DNA of 64,000 nucleotides from Eledone cirrhosa (GCA_964016885.1 OZ024746.1:58838001-58902000), one strand, 5' to 3'; numbered from the stretch's first letter, positions 36,294-50,808 are shown. Numbers and translations are program-made. Notes: a model not told the origin generated them from the sequence alone.

Positions 36294-37240
36294 TAATTGT
36301 TTCTACTTTTGGCACAAGGCCAGCAATTATCCCAGTGCATTACTGGTACTTTATTTTATCGACCCCGTAAGGATGAAAGGCAGAGTTAACCTCGGCGGGA
36401 TTTGAACACAGAATGACAAGGGCCGTAACTCTATGCGTCAAAGCATGGCGTCCTACCTTCTACCAACACTGCCAATCCTTCATAATATTTTCTGATTTAG
36501 GCACAAAGCCAACAATTTTGGTGGAATGGGAAAGTCTAGTAAATCGACACCAGAACGTTACTGGTACTTTATTTTATCGACCCCATAATGATAAAAGGCA
36601 AAGCTAACCTCGGCATAATTTGAACTCAGAACGTAATGAGGCGTAGCTATATACCACAAAGCATGTTGTCCGACGCTCTACCGATATAGCCAATCCAAAA
36701 TAATAATAATAACCACAGTTTCTAAATTAGGCACAATGCCAGAAATTTTGGGGGAGGGGAATGTCGATTAAATAGACTCCAGTGTATTACTGGTACTTTA
36801 TTGTATCGACCCCGTAAGGATGAAAGGCAAAGTTAACCACGGCAGGATTTGAACTAAGATCATAATGGGTCGTAACCCAATGCTGCAAAGCATGGCGTCC
36901 GACCCTCTACCGATACTGCCAATCCACCGCCCTCTAGCTGCCCCAAATAATAATTGTTTCTACGTTAGGCAATAGGCCAGCAATTACCCAGTGCATTACT
37001 GGTACTTTATACCCAAAATAATAATGATAATGGTTTCTTATTGATGCACAAGTCTAACAATTTTAGGCGAGGGGAAAGTCAATTAAATCGACCCCAGTGC
37101 ATTACTGCTACTTTATTTTATCGACCCCGTAAGGATGAACGGCAAAGTTAAAAACGGCGGGATTTGAACTCAGAACATAGACATAACTATATACCGCAAA
37201 ACATATTGCCCGACACTCTACCGACAGAGCATATCTCCCC
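36294..37240 (-). mobile_element. Head-to-tail cluster of five SINE copies (~36294-36480, 36485-36697, 36717-36931, 36950-37010 partial, 37025-37240)
   Basis: Repeated GGATTTGAACTCAG B-box complement and ATCGACCCCGTAAGGATGAAAGGC core. Confidence 0.88.
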
Positions 37241-37621
37241 ACCCTACACTGCAGCATTAATAACAATAACAAGACATCAGTAAACGGAAAAGAAATAAGA
37301 ATAGAAACACTTCAGCAATGACGGCAGCAACAACTGTCAAAATAGTTATAAACAACAATAACATCAACAAGAAAACAAATTATATTTCTTCATGTTGTAT
37401 TTTGTTTATTGGTAAAATTCGTAATTAAATTTGAAATGAAATATTTTAGTACTAACATATAACTAATGAATTAAAGTTTGTAATTAACATTGAAAATATG
37501 TTATAAATATAGATTATAACCAAGTAAGGAATTCCGAAAACATTCCAATAAAATATTTAATATCAAAAGATCAGATTAAACGTATTAATTAGCTGGGGTA
37601 GTAACTAAGTTAATAATTATG

Positions 37622-37691
<70 letters not shown>

Positions 37692-37924
37692 GAGAGAGAG
37701 ATCAGAATGGAGGCGGTAAAAACTAGTTAGGCCATTACTCACGAGCTCAGCCGTCGGGGTACCGAATTTTTCATATATGCATATATATATATATATATAT
37801 ATATGAGTGTGTGTGCATGTATGTATGCGTGTGTTTGTGTGTGTGTATTTCGAAAAAAAGTAATAAGTTTTGTTATTTTTGTTATTACTTTTTAAATAAA
37901 TACAAAAACAAACGGCACAATACA

Positions 37925-38740
37925 TGGAAGAAATATATTAGTTTAACGCTTGAAATAGCAGGAAGAGGGTCTTAACGTTTCGAACAATAATCTGTCATCG
38001 GAAGATACAATTAAAAATAGAAGATTAATAATAGAAAGTAAAGGGTAATGAAAGGAAGGAACGAGGAAAATGAGAAAAAAAAATCGGGGAGAAAAAAGAC
38101 TCACGTTGTATTCAGTTTGCCATCTTGGAGAGTGTATGTGTGTATTTACAGACACACAGTGTGTGTATGTGTGTGTACATACACATACATGCAAAAACAC
38201 AAACACATATATATCTATATTGTTATATTTTGGGAGGGTCATGCTGCCAATAAAAAACACATGCGTCTGCTGGTTTTAGTTGTTGATTGTCATCAAGGCT
38301 TTTTCGCCAAACATTCTGTGACCTCCTTAGTAACCACTTTCGTTGTTATTGTATGTCTCTCCGTTGATCTTCCTTGCGCCATCTTGTTTTTGTGAGCTGT
38401 GTACTTTGGCTGCGCCTGCGCTATATTTATTTTTCCATGTATTTATTTGTCTTTATTTATACATTTATTTAGTTAATTATTTTCTCTCTTTCATACTTGT
38501 CACTAGTTGGTTATTTGTTCTATCTGTGTGTGTCTAGTTTATCTTAGTTTCTATAAAAAGCACGAGAGGAATAGCAACAACCCTACAACGTAGTAACTAA
38601 GGTAAAATAAAGACATATAGAAAATAAAGACACACAAGAACTAAAATAAACAATACCGTAAAAAATGTATTAGTTTAACGGTTTGTCTGGAAGGAAAAGA
38701 ATCTTAATATTCGGACACTAGTTCCTCATCAGAGGATAAC
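37925..38740 (-). mobile_element. Composite of decayed pLTR-like repeats: direct repeats with degenerate hammerheads (37970-38005, 38701-38737) around an old family-F copy (38219-38540)
   Basis: TCTT-CCGATGA...GAAACGTT-AAGA and ATCCT-CTGATGA-GGA..TCC-GAATATT-AAGAT; TTGGGAGGGTCATG.TGCCAATAA end of family F. Confidence 0.6.
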
Positions 38741-38751
38741 TAGCTAAACGC

Positions 38752-38825
38752 CTTCTTCTTCTTCTTCTTCTTCTTCTTCTTCTTCTTCTTCTTCTTCTTC
38801 TTCTTCTTCTTCTTCTTCTTCTTCT
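38752..38825. repeat. (CTT)n microsatellite
   Basis: Direct reading. Confidence 0.97.
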
Positions 38826-39148
38826 AAAAATCGTTTCAGTCTATAAGACCCATCTATAAATAACCCTATCCCTCCACCCTCTATTTCTAGGACTATTATG
38901 CCCCTTCTCCTAACACCCATACCGCAAGCCACAATACTTCCGTCTACAGACCCACTTGCCTGTCTGGGTAAACTTACCACTATCTCTCCCCCTAAAGTCC
39001 TCCATCTGACCAGTTTACTAAACTCAACCGAAGCACTATCAGACCAGTGACCAATTTTTTCATATCCTAAAATATTACTTGATTTGTTGAACACACAAGC
39101 CGAAACCACTTGGCCCAGCCTCATGATTTTACATATAACCCCTCCCCC

Positions 39149-39238
<90 letters not shown>

Positions 39239-39801
39239 TTATAGAGAGGGAGATAGAGAAAGTGAGAAAGGGAGAGAGGGGAAAAAAGAGAGAGAAGGTG
39301 ACATGATACAGAATGGAAGAAAGATAGATAGATAGATAGATAGATATCAGGATATGTAACTATAGATTTTTATTATACCACTGACCGAACAGATAACACT
39401 ATCGTGTGTGATATTGAGGTAGGGATGGACATATCAAAGCGTATACATATCAAATTACCAGACAAATCTACCACAAAGCACGTTTGAAGTGAAGCAGTGA
39501 CCTGGAAATTTCTATGCCTGACAGTAATCGGTGATTGTATCCCAATCTGGGAATCTTTCGAATATTTTGAGATGACCCCACCGAGCACTGTAAGGCATTG
39601 GTAACCTCCAATTCCCAAACTAAAATTTTAGTCTAGAATCGTATTGATTTTTCTCTATAAGGTTGTAGTAGATGTATGTAGTTTACCCTAGATATTTCCA
39701 TATATGCGTGAGCGTGCGTACGTCTGCATGTATATTTATATTTATAAGCATATACATATATATATTTAAGTTTATGTGTTATATATATATATGTATAATT
39801 A

Positions 39802-39941
39802 ATTCATTTACCAGTGGTTTCTTGAAGAGCTTGACACTTATGTCCGTCTTCATTCATCAGAAAACATTTTTATTATTTTTTTCTGGCGAATGAAGACGGA
39901 CATAAATGTCATGCTCTTCAAGAAACCACTGGTAAATGAAT
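39802..39941. repeat. 62-bp inverted repeat whose arms are a candidate hammerhead
   Basis: Minus strand: CTGATGA-a TGAAGA...TCTTCA a-GAA-ACC act GGT-A; stem I weak; plus copy has CTGGCGA. Confidence 0.65.
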
Positions 39942-40034
39942 AAATTATCTTATGTTGTTTATTACATAACTAAAAAGCTCTGTAGACTACATAGAGTACT
40001 CTTTTTTCCTTTACCTTTTCTACGGAAATACTTC

Positions 40035-40071
<37 letters not shown>

Positions 40072-40086
40072 GGTGTGTGTGTGTAT

Positions 40087-40172
<86 letters not shown>

Positions 40173-40205
40173 TTATATATATATATGTTTATATATATAT
40201 ATATA

Positions 40206-40332
40206 GTTTATCCCGGGTTCAAACGGGGGTAACCACAGTAAGTAAGGTACTCAATAAATAGCAGAGTATAAGTATTTAATATAGAAATGGCTTCTACAGG
40301 ACTAGAAATGTTTCCTTCGGGAGAAATCTTCA
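40206..40332 (-). mobile_element. Family D pLTR 3' end, diverged
   Basis: Homologous to 17625-17750. Confidence 0.75.
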
Positions 40333-40419
40333 TGCATGTATACATGTACATATGTATGTGTATGTATAACTGGTTGCATTATTTTATGGATTTTCAGGAT
40401 TTTCGGATTATTTTATAGA

Positions 40420-40608
40420 AGGGCGTTGAATTGGCAGTATCGGTAGTGGGTCGGACATGCTTTCCAGCATAGTTACGTCCCCTTACGATCTGAGTCGAAA
40501 TCCTGCCGAGGTTAACTTTGCCTTTCATCCTTACGTGGTCGATGAATTAAAGTTCTAGTAAGGTACTGGGTAATTGCTGGCCTTGTGCCCAAAGTAGAAA
40601 CAATTATT
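40420..40608 (+). mobile_element. tRNA-derived SINE
   Basis: A/B boxes, core and tail. Confidence 0.85.
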
Positions 40609-40719
40609 TTATAGATTTTCACTAACAGAGAGGAAGTCGGTTTCTAACAAAGAATCAAGGAACTTTCATTGGAATTTAGTCACCCAACTAGGTAAATCGT
40701 ATGTATGTCAGTATATGTT

Positions 40720-40752
<33 letters not shown>

Positions 40753-40949
40753 CGGTATGGGTATTGTTGCTTGTGTGGATCGGTTTCTTTTGAATTAAAT
40801 GTGTACGCGTGCATATGTTTTGTATCTATACACGTGTATAGGGAATTATTACACGCTGAATTTTTGTAATGTGTTACATATTTTTACATTTCGATTAATA
40901 AACAGTACATGTAACTACCTAACTGTGAAACCCAGCTTCTTAAATTTTA

Positions 40950-42872
40950 TACTCAGGCATATTCTAGAAGCACAATGATCACAGGTACAAATCTAAAGGT
41001 ATAGTAGGGGTGGAGTATCTGCAGATTTCACATTAGCCCAGCTTAAATGTTCTCCCTTTCGTTAATCATTTTCATCATACCGAGATCTGCTGTGTAACTG
41101 ATTTACACAACTTCTCTCTGTCCCATATCACTATGTCTCGTTTGTTATGTTTGCATTTTATTGGGTTTTGATTAGAACATTCCACCAGTGCTCTTCATAT
41201 TAGGTATTCATATGTCATCCATATCGCAGTAACCCTTTGTGTTTTTTTTTCTCACGGCTATCCTTTCTATGGATTGCATTGCATTGTTTTGGTCAGTACA
41301 TCATGCACCATACATAAATAGTATCATGATGACATCTCTGGTCAGCTGATTATGGTGTTTCGAAGAGTCTGTTGTCATATCTAAGGGTTTGTCTGCATCT
41401 CTACGTATTTTGTGCATGAGTTATTTCGTTGGAGAGCTAAAGCGTAACCTTCACAGTTAGAGCAAATATACCGGTTGTTGGTCTAAGATAGACCACTTTG
41501 CTTATCGATATTACTCTCACGTGGAAGCTTTCTGGCACCGTAGCCACGCATGATTTATTGCTGATAGGCATGCAGCTTTTTATCCATGGCTTCATTGCTG
41601 TAGTGTTGTGCGACTTCCCTGGGTGTGAGCTCTTGGTAAATATGCAGAGAGTATTTCTCAAGGAGCTCCTTCCCAATACTTATGGTGCTATGTGCGTCGT
41701 GTAGAAAGATTTGTCCCTTAAATGGACTTTTACGCTTAATGGTATAAGATGAAGCACTAAAATGCTGTTTGGACTGATGTTAAGCCTCTGTTTACGTTTC
41801 AGGTGTAAGTATCTGTTCATGTTTTAATTTCCGGTGTCGGTTAGAATTCGGATTTTAACATCAATGGCATATATATTATCTTGCCTCCAGTCACGTAATC
41901 GAAAGCTCAGCAAACACATTGTAGACTACTGATTTATAATGCGCTGAGAGTTCAGAAGACCGATTCTTTTTTATTCGGCTGTTATATTCCGTTTTTACAC
42001 GTTCCATGTTGAAAATACCACAATATATGTTCATTCATACCTAAGTATATCTAGCGGTCCTCGTTAGCTACGGGTAAAAGAGTCAAACCATTATTAAAGA
42101 TTTAGCTAGATTGGCTTGACAATTTTACAATCATATGGGAATATTTATTCTGGTGAATCTGCATTCCTTCGTCGTTCGAGAGCCCCTTAATCAGATCATG
42201 ATTTTTCTTCACACCCTTTATATTCTTGGCATAAAGTTTCAAGCCATCTACAAAGAAGCTATGTATTCGGTATTTGTTTCTGGCCTCATGAGAAAAAAAC
42301 TACATATCCTTCATATTTTCCCAGCATAAAGGACAAGTGGTTTACTGGCGGTATAAATATAATTACAGAGAAATTGTCTCTTCGCCATATTCAATTTTAT
42401 TATTGATACTATTTTATTATTGATACAAAGTTCAATTTTATTATTGATACTATAGTCCTCTTTCTTTGTATTTAACTTCAGGATAGTGGCTCAGGAAGAA
42501 AATAGGTTCTCTAAGGTTCTGATAATGGTATCTGGGACTTTAGCAAGCCGAGGGGCCTCAAGTTTCCAAGGGTTTGGAACCGTTTCAAATGCTTTCCTGT
42601 GGTGGAGCGAGGCTATTAGTTTCTCCTATCTTACTACACCTCTCACATTGTAGTTTCGTTAATTAAGATTTGCTGAACACCCACTAAACAGCTTTCTGCT
42701 TGCTCATATGAAATGATTTTGTTATTGTCACATTGATCCAGTAAAAATCGATTCAGACAAGCTGTATACATTTTATACATTAGGTCCTTGTATGCAATAT
42801 GTCGGTAGTTTTTTGCCAAATAATTGTCTTTGCTTTTGGGGACCAATGCAGTTTCTCTAATATCGACCAGCT
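40950..42872 (-). mobile_element. Highly decayed R4/Dong-like LINE (RT and RLE remnants), interrupted at ~42050-42410
   Basis: T.LVPK...AKNYR.IA...MYK..T (42643-42870); KAFETVP..W (~42570-42600); YLG (~42040); HWWN..IKT, KCKHNKRDIVIWDRE (~41115-41190). Confidence 0.7.
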
Positions 42873-42873
42873 T

Positions 42874-42920
<47 letters not shown>

Positions 42921-43105
42921 GTAGCAACAAAACAGTTAGTTCACTATACCGAGAACAAGTGTTTCACCTTCAGCATATAAATATATATATATATATATAT
43001 AGGAAAATCGGGTTACACATTTTCATAATACCCACCCTACTACCCTAAGCATTGATTACTCTGGTGCGTTATGGTCCATCTGGATTCTTACCACACCTCC
43101 TTCAT

Positions 43106-43176
<71 letters not shown>

Positions 43177-43289
43177 TTGCTCTACGGTTCTTATATATCT
43201 GATATATATTTATCCTTATCGAGCCCTCTTTGGATTCTGGTCTTCAAGTTTATTATTATTACTATATATATATATATATATATACATAT

Positions 43290-44275
43290 ATATGAAAGAC
43301 TTAAAATAAGAAAATTATAAACATTAACTTACTTACTAAAATGTCACTCCAACTATTTAGTTTCTGACAGGGAATAAACATGGTTTCCAAATGGAAAGCA
43401 TGGAGAAGCCGTTTCGTCATCAGGAAGTCTGTTCCCAGTTAAGTTACCAGGCGAGGCGTGGACACAGGGAACTTATACAAAAATAATTCAGTGGATGGAA
43501 AAAAGCAAGCGTGGACTAAATTCCAAGACATTGAAAAAAATGAACTGCCTACTTGGTCGGTGGCAAATTCAAAAGAATCAATCACGTGACATCGAGGTTA
43601 ATTAGTAAGTAAGTTAATTTTTATAATTTTCTTATTTTACGTCTTTCATATAATTGTTCTGCATACCCGTGCATTGAACCTCAAAGTTACTAACACAAAA
43701 CCTATATATTTGCTAGCATAGGTATGCATATGTACATCTCTGTTGGTAGATATACTAATTCTTTATAATTATCTCCAAATTATTTTGAGCAAACATTTGC
43801 CAAAACTGCTACCATAGTTCATAGTAATGGCTCGGCTACTGTCTTTTTAACACCCCACTGCTCACTGATTAACCTCGATGTCACGTGATTGATTCTTTTG
43901 AATTTGCCACCGACCAAGTAGGCAGTGATTTTTTCAATGTCTTGGAATTTAGTCCACGCTTGCTTTTTTCCATCCACTGTTCCCTGTGTCCATGCATCGC
44001 CTGGTAACTTAGCTGAGAACAGACTTCCTGATGACAAAACGGCTTCTCCATGCTTTCCATTTGAAAACCATGTTTATTCCCTTTCAGAAACTAATTAGTT
44101 GGAGTGAAATTTTAGTAAGTAAGTTAATGTTTATAATTTTCTTATTTTACGTCTTTCATATAATTGTTCTGCATCCCTTTGCATTGAACCACAAAGTTAC
44201 TAAGACAAAACCTATATATTTGCTAGCATAGGTTTACATCTGTATATATATGTTGGTAGATATACTAATTCTTTA
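43290..44275. mobile_element. Non-coding element with nested inverted and direct repeats between TA tracts
   Basis: 43290-43602 is inverted at 43868-44160; 43604-43767 is directly repeated at 44114-44275. Confidence 0.8.
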
Positions 44276-44663
44276 TATATATATATATATATATAGTTTG
44301 AGAGCTTGCTAGTAGATGTTGTTATGGTACATCCGATAGAAAGTCAGTATATTTTACAAGTAGATTACAATCAAGTCCCTTCCCGGTGCTATCTTGAAGT
44401 TTTCTTAACAGTCTCAATGGGATTATCATTGATACTGTATACTTTTGGTGTAAAGCAGGGGAAATAGTTCGTATGTATATATGTTCGTTTGTATGTATAT
44501 ATCTATGTGTAATGTATGTAAGTACGTATGCATGTATGTATGTCTGTTTGTATGTGTGTATATATTTTTTACAAAACTTCAAAATGTGCGTGTTTGTTTA
44601 TAACTCGAGCCCCAAACGATAAATGAAAGGTATCAACAGATCTTATACACACACACGCCCACC

Positions 44664-44697
<34 letters not shown>

Positions 44698-45449
44698 TAC
44701 ACACACATACATACACACACATATACACACACATACACACACACGCACACATACATACACACATATATATGTGTGTGTGTGTGTGTGTATGTGTGAACGT
44801 GTATGTGTATGTGTGTGTGTGTTTATGTATGTGTATATATATAGACACACACACACACACACACATACATATATATATATACAAAATCGGAAGATTCAAC
44901 ATTGAATACGCGATGCACATAAATGATAGAACTCCTTTTGATTTTCTTGGAGCGTGTAAACCTATTATTTATGGTTATCCTACTTTTTGTCCGCTAGGTA
45001 TTTTGAAATTTTATAAGGAAATTTCCTGTTTAAGACCACAAAAACGTTGCATATATGGATGGATGCACGTCAACAAAAGAAAATATTCAAATTTTGTTTT
45101 CCAATCGCGTAACAGTATAATACAAAACTGTCCTGCGTTGAACCGTTATGCATCTTAAAATATTTCAGCAACTATTTCTATTTATGGGGGTACGAAATCA
45201 TAATAGTCCTTAACATATTTTAAGGAAGAATACCTAAGAGAAAATATATTCATTTCAATTAACATGACATGCAACGTAACATCTAACAAATATTTTTATA
45301 TTTTTTACACAATGACCATGATTATAAAGTTTCTCGTCTTCAAACAACTTGTAAGGTATTTTTAAATTTCAGATATTGCTGCCTTTAAATCTAGATAGAA
45401 TTTCTTATATGCATGTCTGAAAATCTTTTCCTTTGAGATATCTGTCATT

Positions 45450-45662
45450 CTGGCAGAGTAGGTAGAGGATCGGACGCCATGCTTTGCAGCATAGAGTTAT
45501 GGCCCTTTACGTTCTAAGTTCAAATCAGTTTTCTGAGTTCAAATCAATGTTTGCTTCGCTTTTCATCCTTACGGGGGTCGATAAAATTTTATACCAGTCA
45601 CGTACTGGGTCGGTTTAATCGACTTTTCCCCTCACCCTCACAAATTGCTGGCCTTGTGCCTA
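45450..45662 (+). mobile_element. tRNA-derived SINE with duplicated B-box segment
   Basis: TTCT(A/G)AGTTCAAATCA occurs twice; core present. Confidence 0.8.
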
Positions 45663-46029
45663 CATCAGAGTACATTATAAAATAGGAGAAAGATATGCAG
45701 TAACGAGTACGTGCATGTGTGTGTATGTGTGTGTTTAATATCGTGAAAGGGGCTAGCCACAATCCGTCCACAAAAGCACGCTATGGCGTAGTAAAATAAC
45801 TGAGGTGACACAACCATAAGTCCTATATCTGCAGTATCCAGCGCTCGGTCCACCCATCTGGGCAAAAAACCTTGCCCAGTCTTGTACCTCAAAGAGGATT
45901 TTTCTAGGTGCAAATCCCATGGTCATTCGTGACATAAAGGGGTCTTTACCGTATATTGAACCTAATATAACTGTACAATTGCCTCTTGTGTTTTGTTTGG
46001 TTCATTTATTAGTTATATATATATAGTTT

Positions 46030-46385
46030 GGTAAATATATCAAAGTTATAGAGCAACTCAAGTCCATAAATCGCCCCGATCTCGACATTTTAGTAAAGAG
46101 CTAACCACCCCTATTAGTGAAATAAGGCTGATAATCACCGTATTCACCAACCATACTAGTGTTAACCTCTTAAACTTCTACTTACAACTACGTACATACA
46201 TCCATAAACCCTTCAATAAGCTTAGTGAAAACCTTAGATATATAAACAAGAATCCTTGCCAACCTCCAATAGTCCTCAATAATTTAGTTAAGAATATTAC
46301 AAGCGGATCTCTAACCTTTCTTCAAACTAAGCTATTTTGGATAGAGCAGCCCCCTACTATAATACAGACTTACGGATTAGCAGCG
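46030..46385 (+). pseudogene. Decayed PLE reverse transcriptase C-terminal (thumb) fragment
   Basis: Manual translation RLIITVFTNHTSVNLLNFYLQL..YIHKPFNK...LRYINKNPCQPPIVL...DRAAPYYN fits the PLE pattern LKITI..N...VNFLD...YKP.....YI...SNHPP...AAP.Y; preceded by TA. Confidence 0.65.
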
Positions 46386-46749
46386 TCTCCGAATATATAT
46401 TCTACTCTCCCGGGCCAGATGGCGCATTGTTTCTTTAAGCAAGGTACTTTGTATCACAGGATTCGATTACATTCAGCTGAAAAAATAAATTATCTTGTTA
46501 CTAGTGGCGAGGTGTATCAGGTTTTGCGTTTCCTTTGGAAAACATGATTGGCATGGAAATGTGTGACTGGCATATGTGAGCGACTACCACTCTTTGCAAA
46601 TATACCTTTCCCTAGAGAGTTGGCAGCGTTGAATTAGGTGTTACTCGAGCTCAAATCGTAATGCACCGGAGGTTACATGCCGCAAGGCTTTTTATCCGAC
46701 GTTCTATCGATTCTGTCGCTCTACCGCACTAATATTGAATAAAAAAAAT

Positions 46750-46952
46750 TATTTCTAGTTCAAACAAAAGGCCCAGAATTGTACTCTAGTGAGGCGAATG
46801 AAGTTGAGTATATCGACCCATTACTTCATTGATTCTTTTTTATCGACCCTAAAAGGATGGAAAGCAAATTTGACCTCAGAACATAAAAAGCCGAAAGCAA
46901 ATTCTGCAAAGTATTTTGTCAGGCGCCCTAACGATTCTACCACACCGCCGCC
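46750..46952 (-). mobile_element. Degenerate SINE
   Basis: TATCGACCCTAAAAGGATGGAAAGCAAA core. Confidence 0.65.
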
Positions 46953-47449
46953 CTGTTATTCAATAAATAATAAAAAGCAGATGCTGTTTCCTGTGAGAAT
47001 TCTTAATAATGGTCATATTCAGGAATTATTACCTCAAGCAACAAAACAGTATTTGCTTTTACTATTTAAGTTATGTTTGTTCATTGGTTCTGTTGTTTTT
47101 TTTCTTTTTCGTGAATTCCACAAATAGTATAAAGCGAGCAAACAATGTTTATGTCTTTGGTAGGAGAATTCAGTAAAGATAATTATTACGTTAACGGCAA
47201 AGGTTGAACAACATAGAACATATAGCAATATCTAAGAAATCAGTTGTAACTTTATAAGACCAAAACAGAAAAAAAAAAAAAAAAATCATTAATTCTTTTT
47301 CCGCCATTTTGAAATTCGGTAGTATCCTGTTTTAAACTCTACTGAAAGTTGTAATATGTCAGTTAACAAACGTTTTTTTCTCATTCTGTCTATCTGTACT
47401 TTCACGAAAGAATTTGTTTTTTCTCCTTTTCTTTCTTTTCATTCCAGAC

Positions 47450-47536
<87 letters not shown>

Positions 47537-47540
47537 GAGG

Positions 47541-47643
<103 letters not shown>

Positions 47644-47715
47644 AACATAGATTTGATATATTATGAATGTGATTTAGAAAAGTTAATAATAAATATAGCA
47701 ATAAGGCGGTGCTGG

Positions 47716-47852
<137 letters not shown>

Positions 47853-48102
47853 GATGAGGGGTAGGAGGAGGGTTCCCTTTATCTATTACAAGGCGACGAA
47901 TGAGGGGATATTACAAAGACAAGTTGAGGTTAGATAGAAATTGGATGAAAAAAAATGTTATACACATACAAATATATATGAATATATATACATATATATA
48001 TATATGTGTGTGTGTGTATTTATATATATATATATATATATTACTGCCAATACTGGAATTGAAATATCAAGACCGTTGATGTATGTCATATATCAACTCA
48101 TA

Positions 48103-48169
48103 TATTTTATCTGACGAGGACGTACTGGAAAAAAAACAATACAGTATTCGAAATATATATAATAAAGCA
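48103..48169 (+). ncRNA. Type I hammerhead ribozyme, same family as 28281-28343
   Basis: TATTTTAT-CTGACGA-..GTACTG...CAGTAT..-GAA-ATATATAT-A-ATAAAG; different stem II sequence. Confidence 0.75.
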
Positions 48170-50726
48170 TATATTTTGATTATGTGAATATCTTCATTTG
48201 TTAATATTTTGAATAACATATATATATAAATATATATATATATATATTATACATAATTAAAATTTTGACGAATATATATAATTAAAAGAGATCGTTAAAA
48301 AGATCTTATTCAGAGAAGCAAATATATATAGAGAATAACTTTTACAAAATCACTGAAGAGGGATCCCAACAAAGAACTCAAAAGAACACCTTACAAGCAT
48401 TATTCCCGAGGGATATACTCACAAACAAGTGTCGTATATGTAGGAAGTCTGAAAAAATCCCTGACTACAATTTGAATGCAGTTTCTGAACTAAAGAATAA
48501 ATCTGACCATTTCAATAGATTGGCATGACCATTACCTAAGCAATTCTTCATCAGAGGGTTTCTGTAGGGTATAAGATTAATATAAATACCTGTAAAAGGG
48601 AATTTTATCGTCTCTCATCGATCAAGTATCGTGTAACAAAAATCACAAATAATAATATAGCACGCTTGCGTAAATCCACAAGTATATATTTGTACATACG
48701 GACAAAATGACAGGCCTAGAAAACTCCGGAGATTTGAAAGGTAAGTTGACATCGGTTGGTCTTGAAACCAGAAACTAAAGAGCCTTAAGATGATATTGTG
48801 GCCAACGCTCTAACGAATCTGATTATCCATCAAACGCCTCACTACCACTATCAGTTCTCTAGTATCTCGCTCTCTCCGTCAAAAATGTTTATTTCAAATG
48901 TCTATAAAAGGTTAGCACCAGTATTGTAACGAAATGGTTTTGAAAACCAGCCACAACAAATTATATGGGGATTGTAACACCAAAAGAGCGCGAGAGGTAA
49001 AACAAGTAAAGTTTGATGTTTAGATCAGGAAGCAAATGTATATTTTATCATTGTTATTGTTAAGACTGGGCATTACAATATTGGCCCCAAAAGAATTTGA
49101 AAAATTAAAATATTACTTGTATTACTTAAGAATTGTGGAGCACACATGTAATACCTGCAGCAAAACTGAAAGTCAAACATGCCAAGTAAAACAAAAATAT
49201 GGTTGTACATAGCCTCTGTTGAATAGTTTGGGGGAAACCAGAACCACACGGTCATAGGTGTCGCTTAATTTATGTACGCTGAAATAGTGACGAATGTTAA
49301 AGATGAGCCCATCTGGATTTGAAAGCATAGATTGTAAAGGAAGGTTACTATATAATCCTTAACTTCTTTATTTCGTTATTAAATCAAACATTTTTGCCAA
49401 CACGCCATCGTTTACACACAAATAACAAAATCTCTAATTCTGCTGTGTGTGGTGTGTTTTTTTCTGAATTTACTAGTTTAGTTTCCGCATGTTAACATGC
49501 AGCCACTTGAAGAATGAAGTAGTTTGCACTAAGAAGTGTATAGCTATTGTTAATATTATTATAAAGCGACAGGGAAAAAGTTTTTGTGCATTCATTACAT
49601 ATGGAAATATATGCATTAAAATGTAAAGACATGAGTGTTAACCGCTTCAAATGAAATAAAAATGCATGAAAGTTGGTGACGGTTAAAATGTTGCCTGTCT
49701 CTGCATAAATAATCTATTATTTAAATTTTTTTTTCAATCTATGCTTTAAAACTAACACAAGAGAATATTAAGTTAAGTGAAGCAAAACAATTTGAAATTG
49801 TCTTAGCAATAATTTTCAAAGAAGTTTATAGTTAACGATAGCTTTAATATAAAAGGATAAAGAAGAACAATATAAAACATTGCTTTTAGTTTCAGGTTTG
49901 AGGATCAGTATTGAATTATCACTATCCGTTTCTTTGGTTTTATATATAGTGTTGGTGCAAAGTAGATGCCTGCTAAAGATGGGAACCAAAAGTGAAGAGA
50001 AGACCTAAAGAAGCGATTCTCAAACAGAAGTCACTGCAAACAATTGTACTGCAGTAAACCTTATGTGAACATAGTATGACTGAAGGATTAGGATGCTCTC
50101 ATCGTAATCATAACATCGAAGGTTCGTTACAACTGCATGGCATCTTGGTCAAGTATCATTTACCATAGACTTGGATTGACCAAGACCTTATGAATTGTGA
50201 GCGCAATAAGGTAGATGGAAACATATCGAATGGACTGCACACTAGATACATAAACATATATTTATACATACAAAACACATGCACACTCACACATACACAA
50301 ACACACATAAATATACACATATATACATATATATAAATGAAAAGTATAGAAATATATATATGTGTGTGTGTGTATGTGTATGTGTGTACATATATATATG
50401 TGTGTGTGTGTATTTCCTTTTTTTCTTCTACCTCTCATTTCCTTCTCCACTGGAGGACTAAAACCTGCTTACTTGGATTTACATTACGCCTTAACCTTAG
50501 AGTACACTGAAGTATAAACACTACTCGAGACGTAACCTCATAGCCGCATTGAGTGCTTTAACCGACAACTCTCACGTAACTATACTTACACATACACCGA
50601 CCACGCTCATGTATATATATATATATATATATACATATTCACGTGTGTGTGCGCGTGTGAGTGTGTGTGTGTGTGTGTGTATGTGTCTGTGAGTGTGTGT
50701 GTGTGAGAGAGTGTGTGTGTGTGTGT

Positions 50727-50807
<81 letters not shown>

Positions 50808-50808
<1 letters not shown>

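Noticed and set aside
36294-37240. CRISPR-like or tRNA gene array
   Set aside because: Units are ~200-bp diverged SINEs without a cloverleaf 3' end; no repeat-spacer structure; eukaryotic context
42050-42410. Helentron/DINE-like insertion inside the decayed R4 element
   Set aside because: The interruption is real, but diagnostic subterminal repeats and hairpin could not be confirmed
48340-48530. CTGAAGA motif and an NKCRIC peptide
   Set aside because: No hammerhead fold; at most a very decayed RLE-LINE zinc-finger remnant, too weak to call
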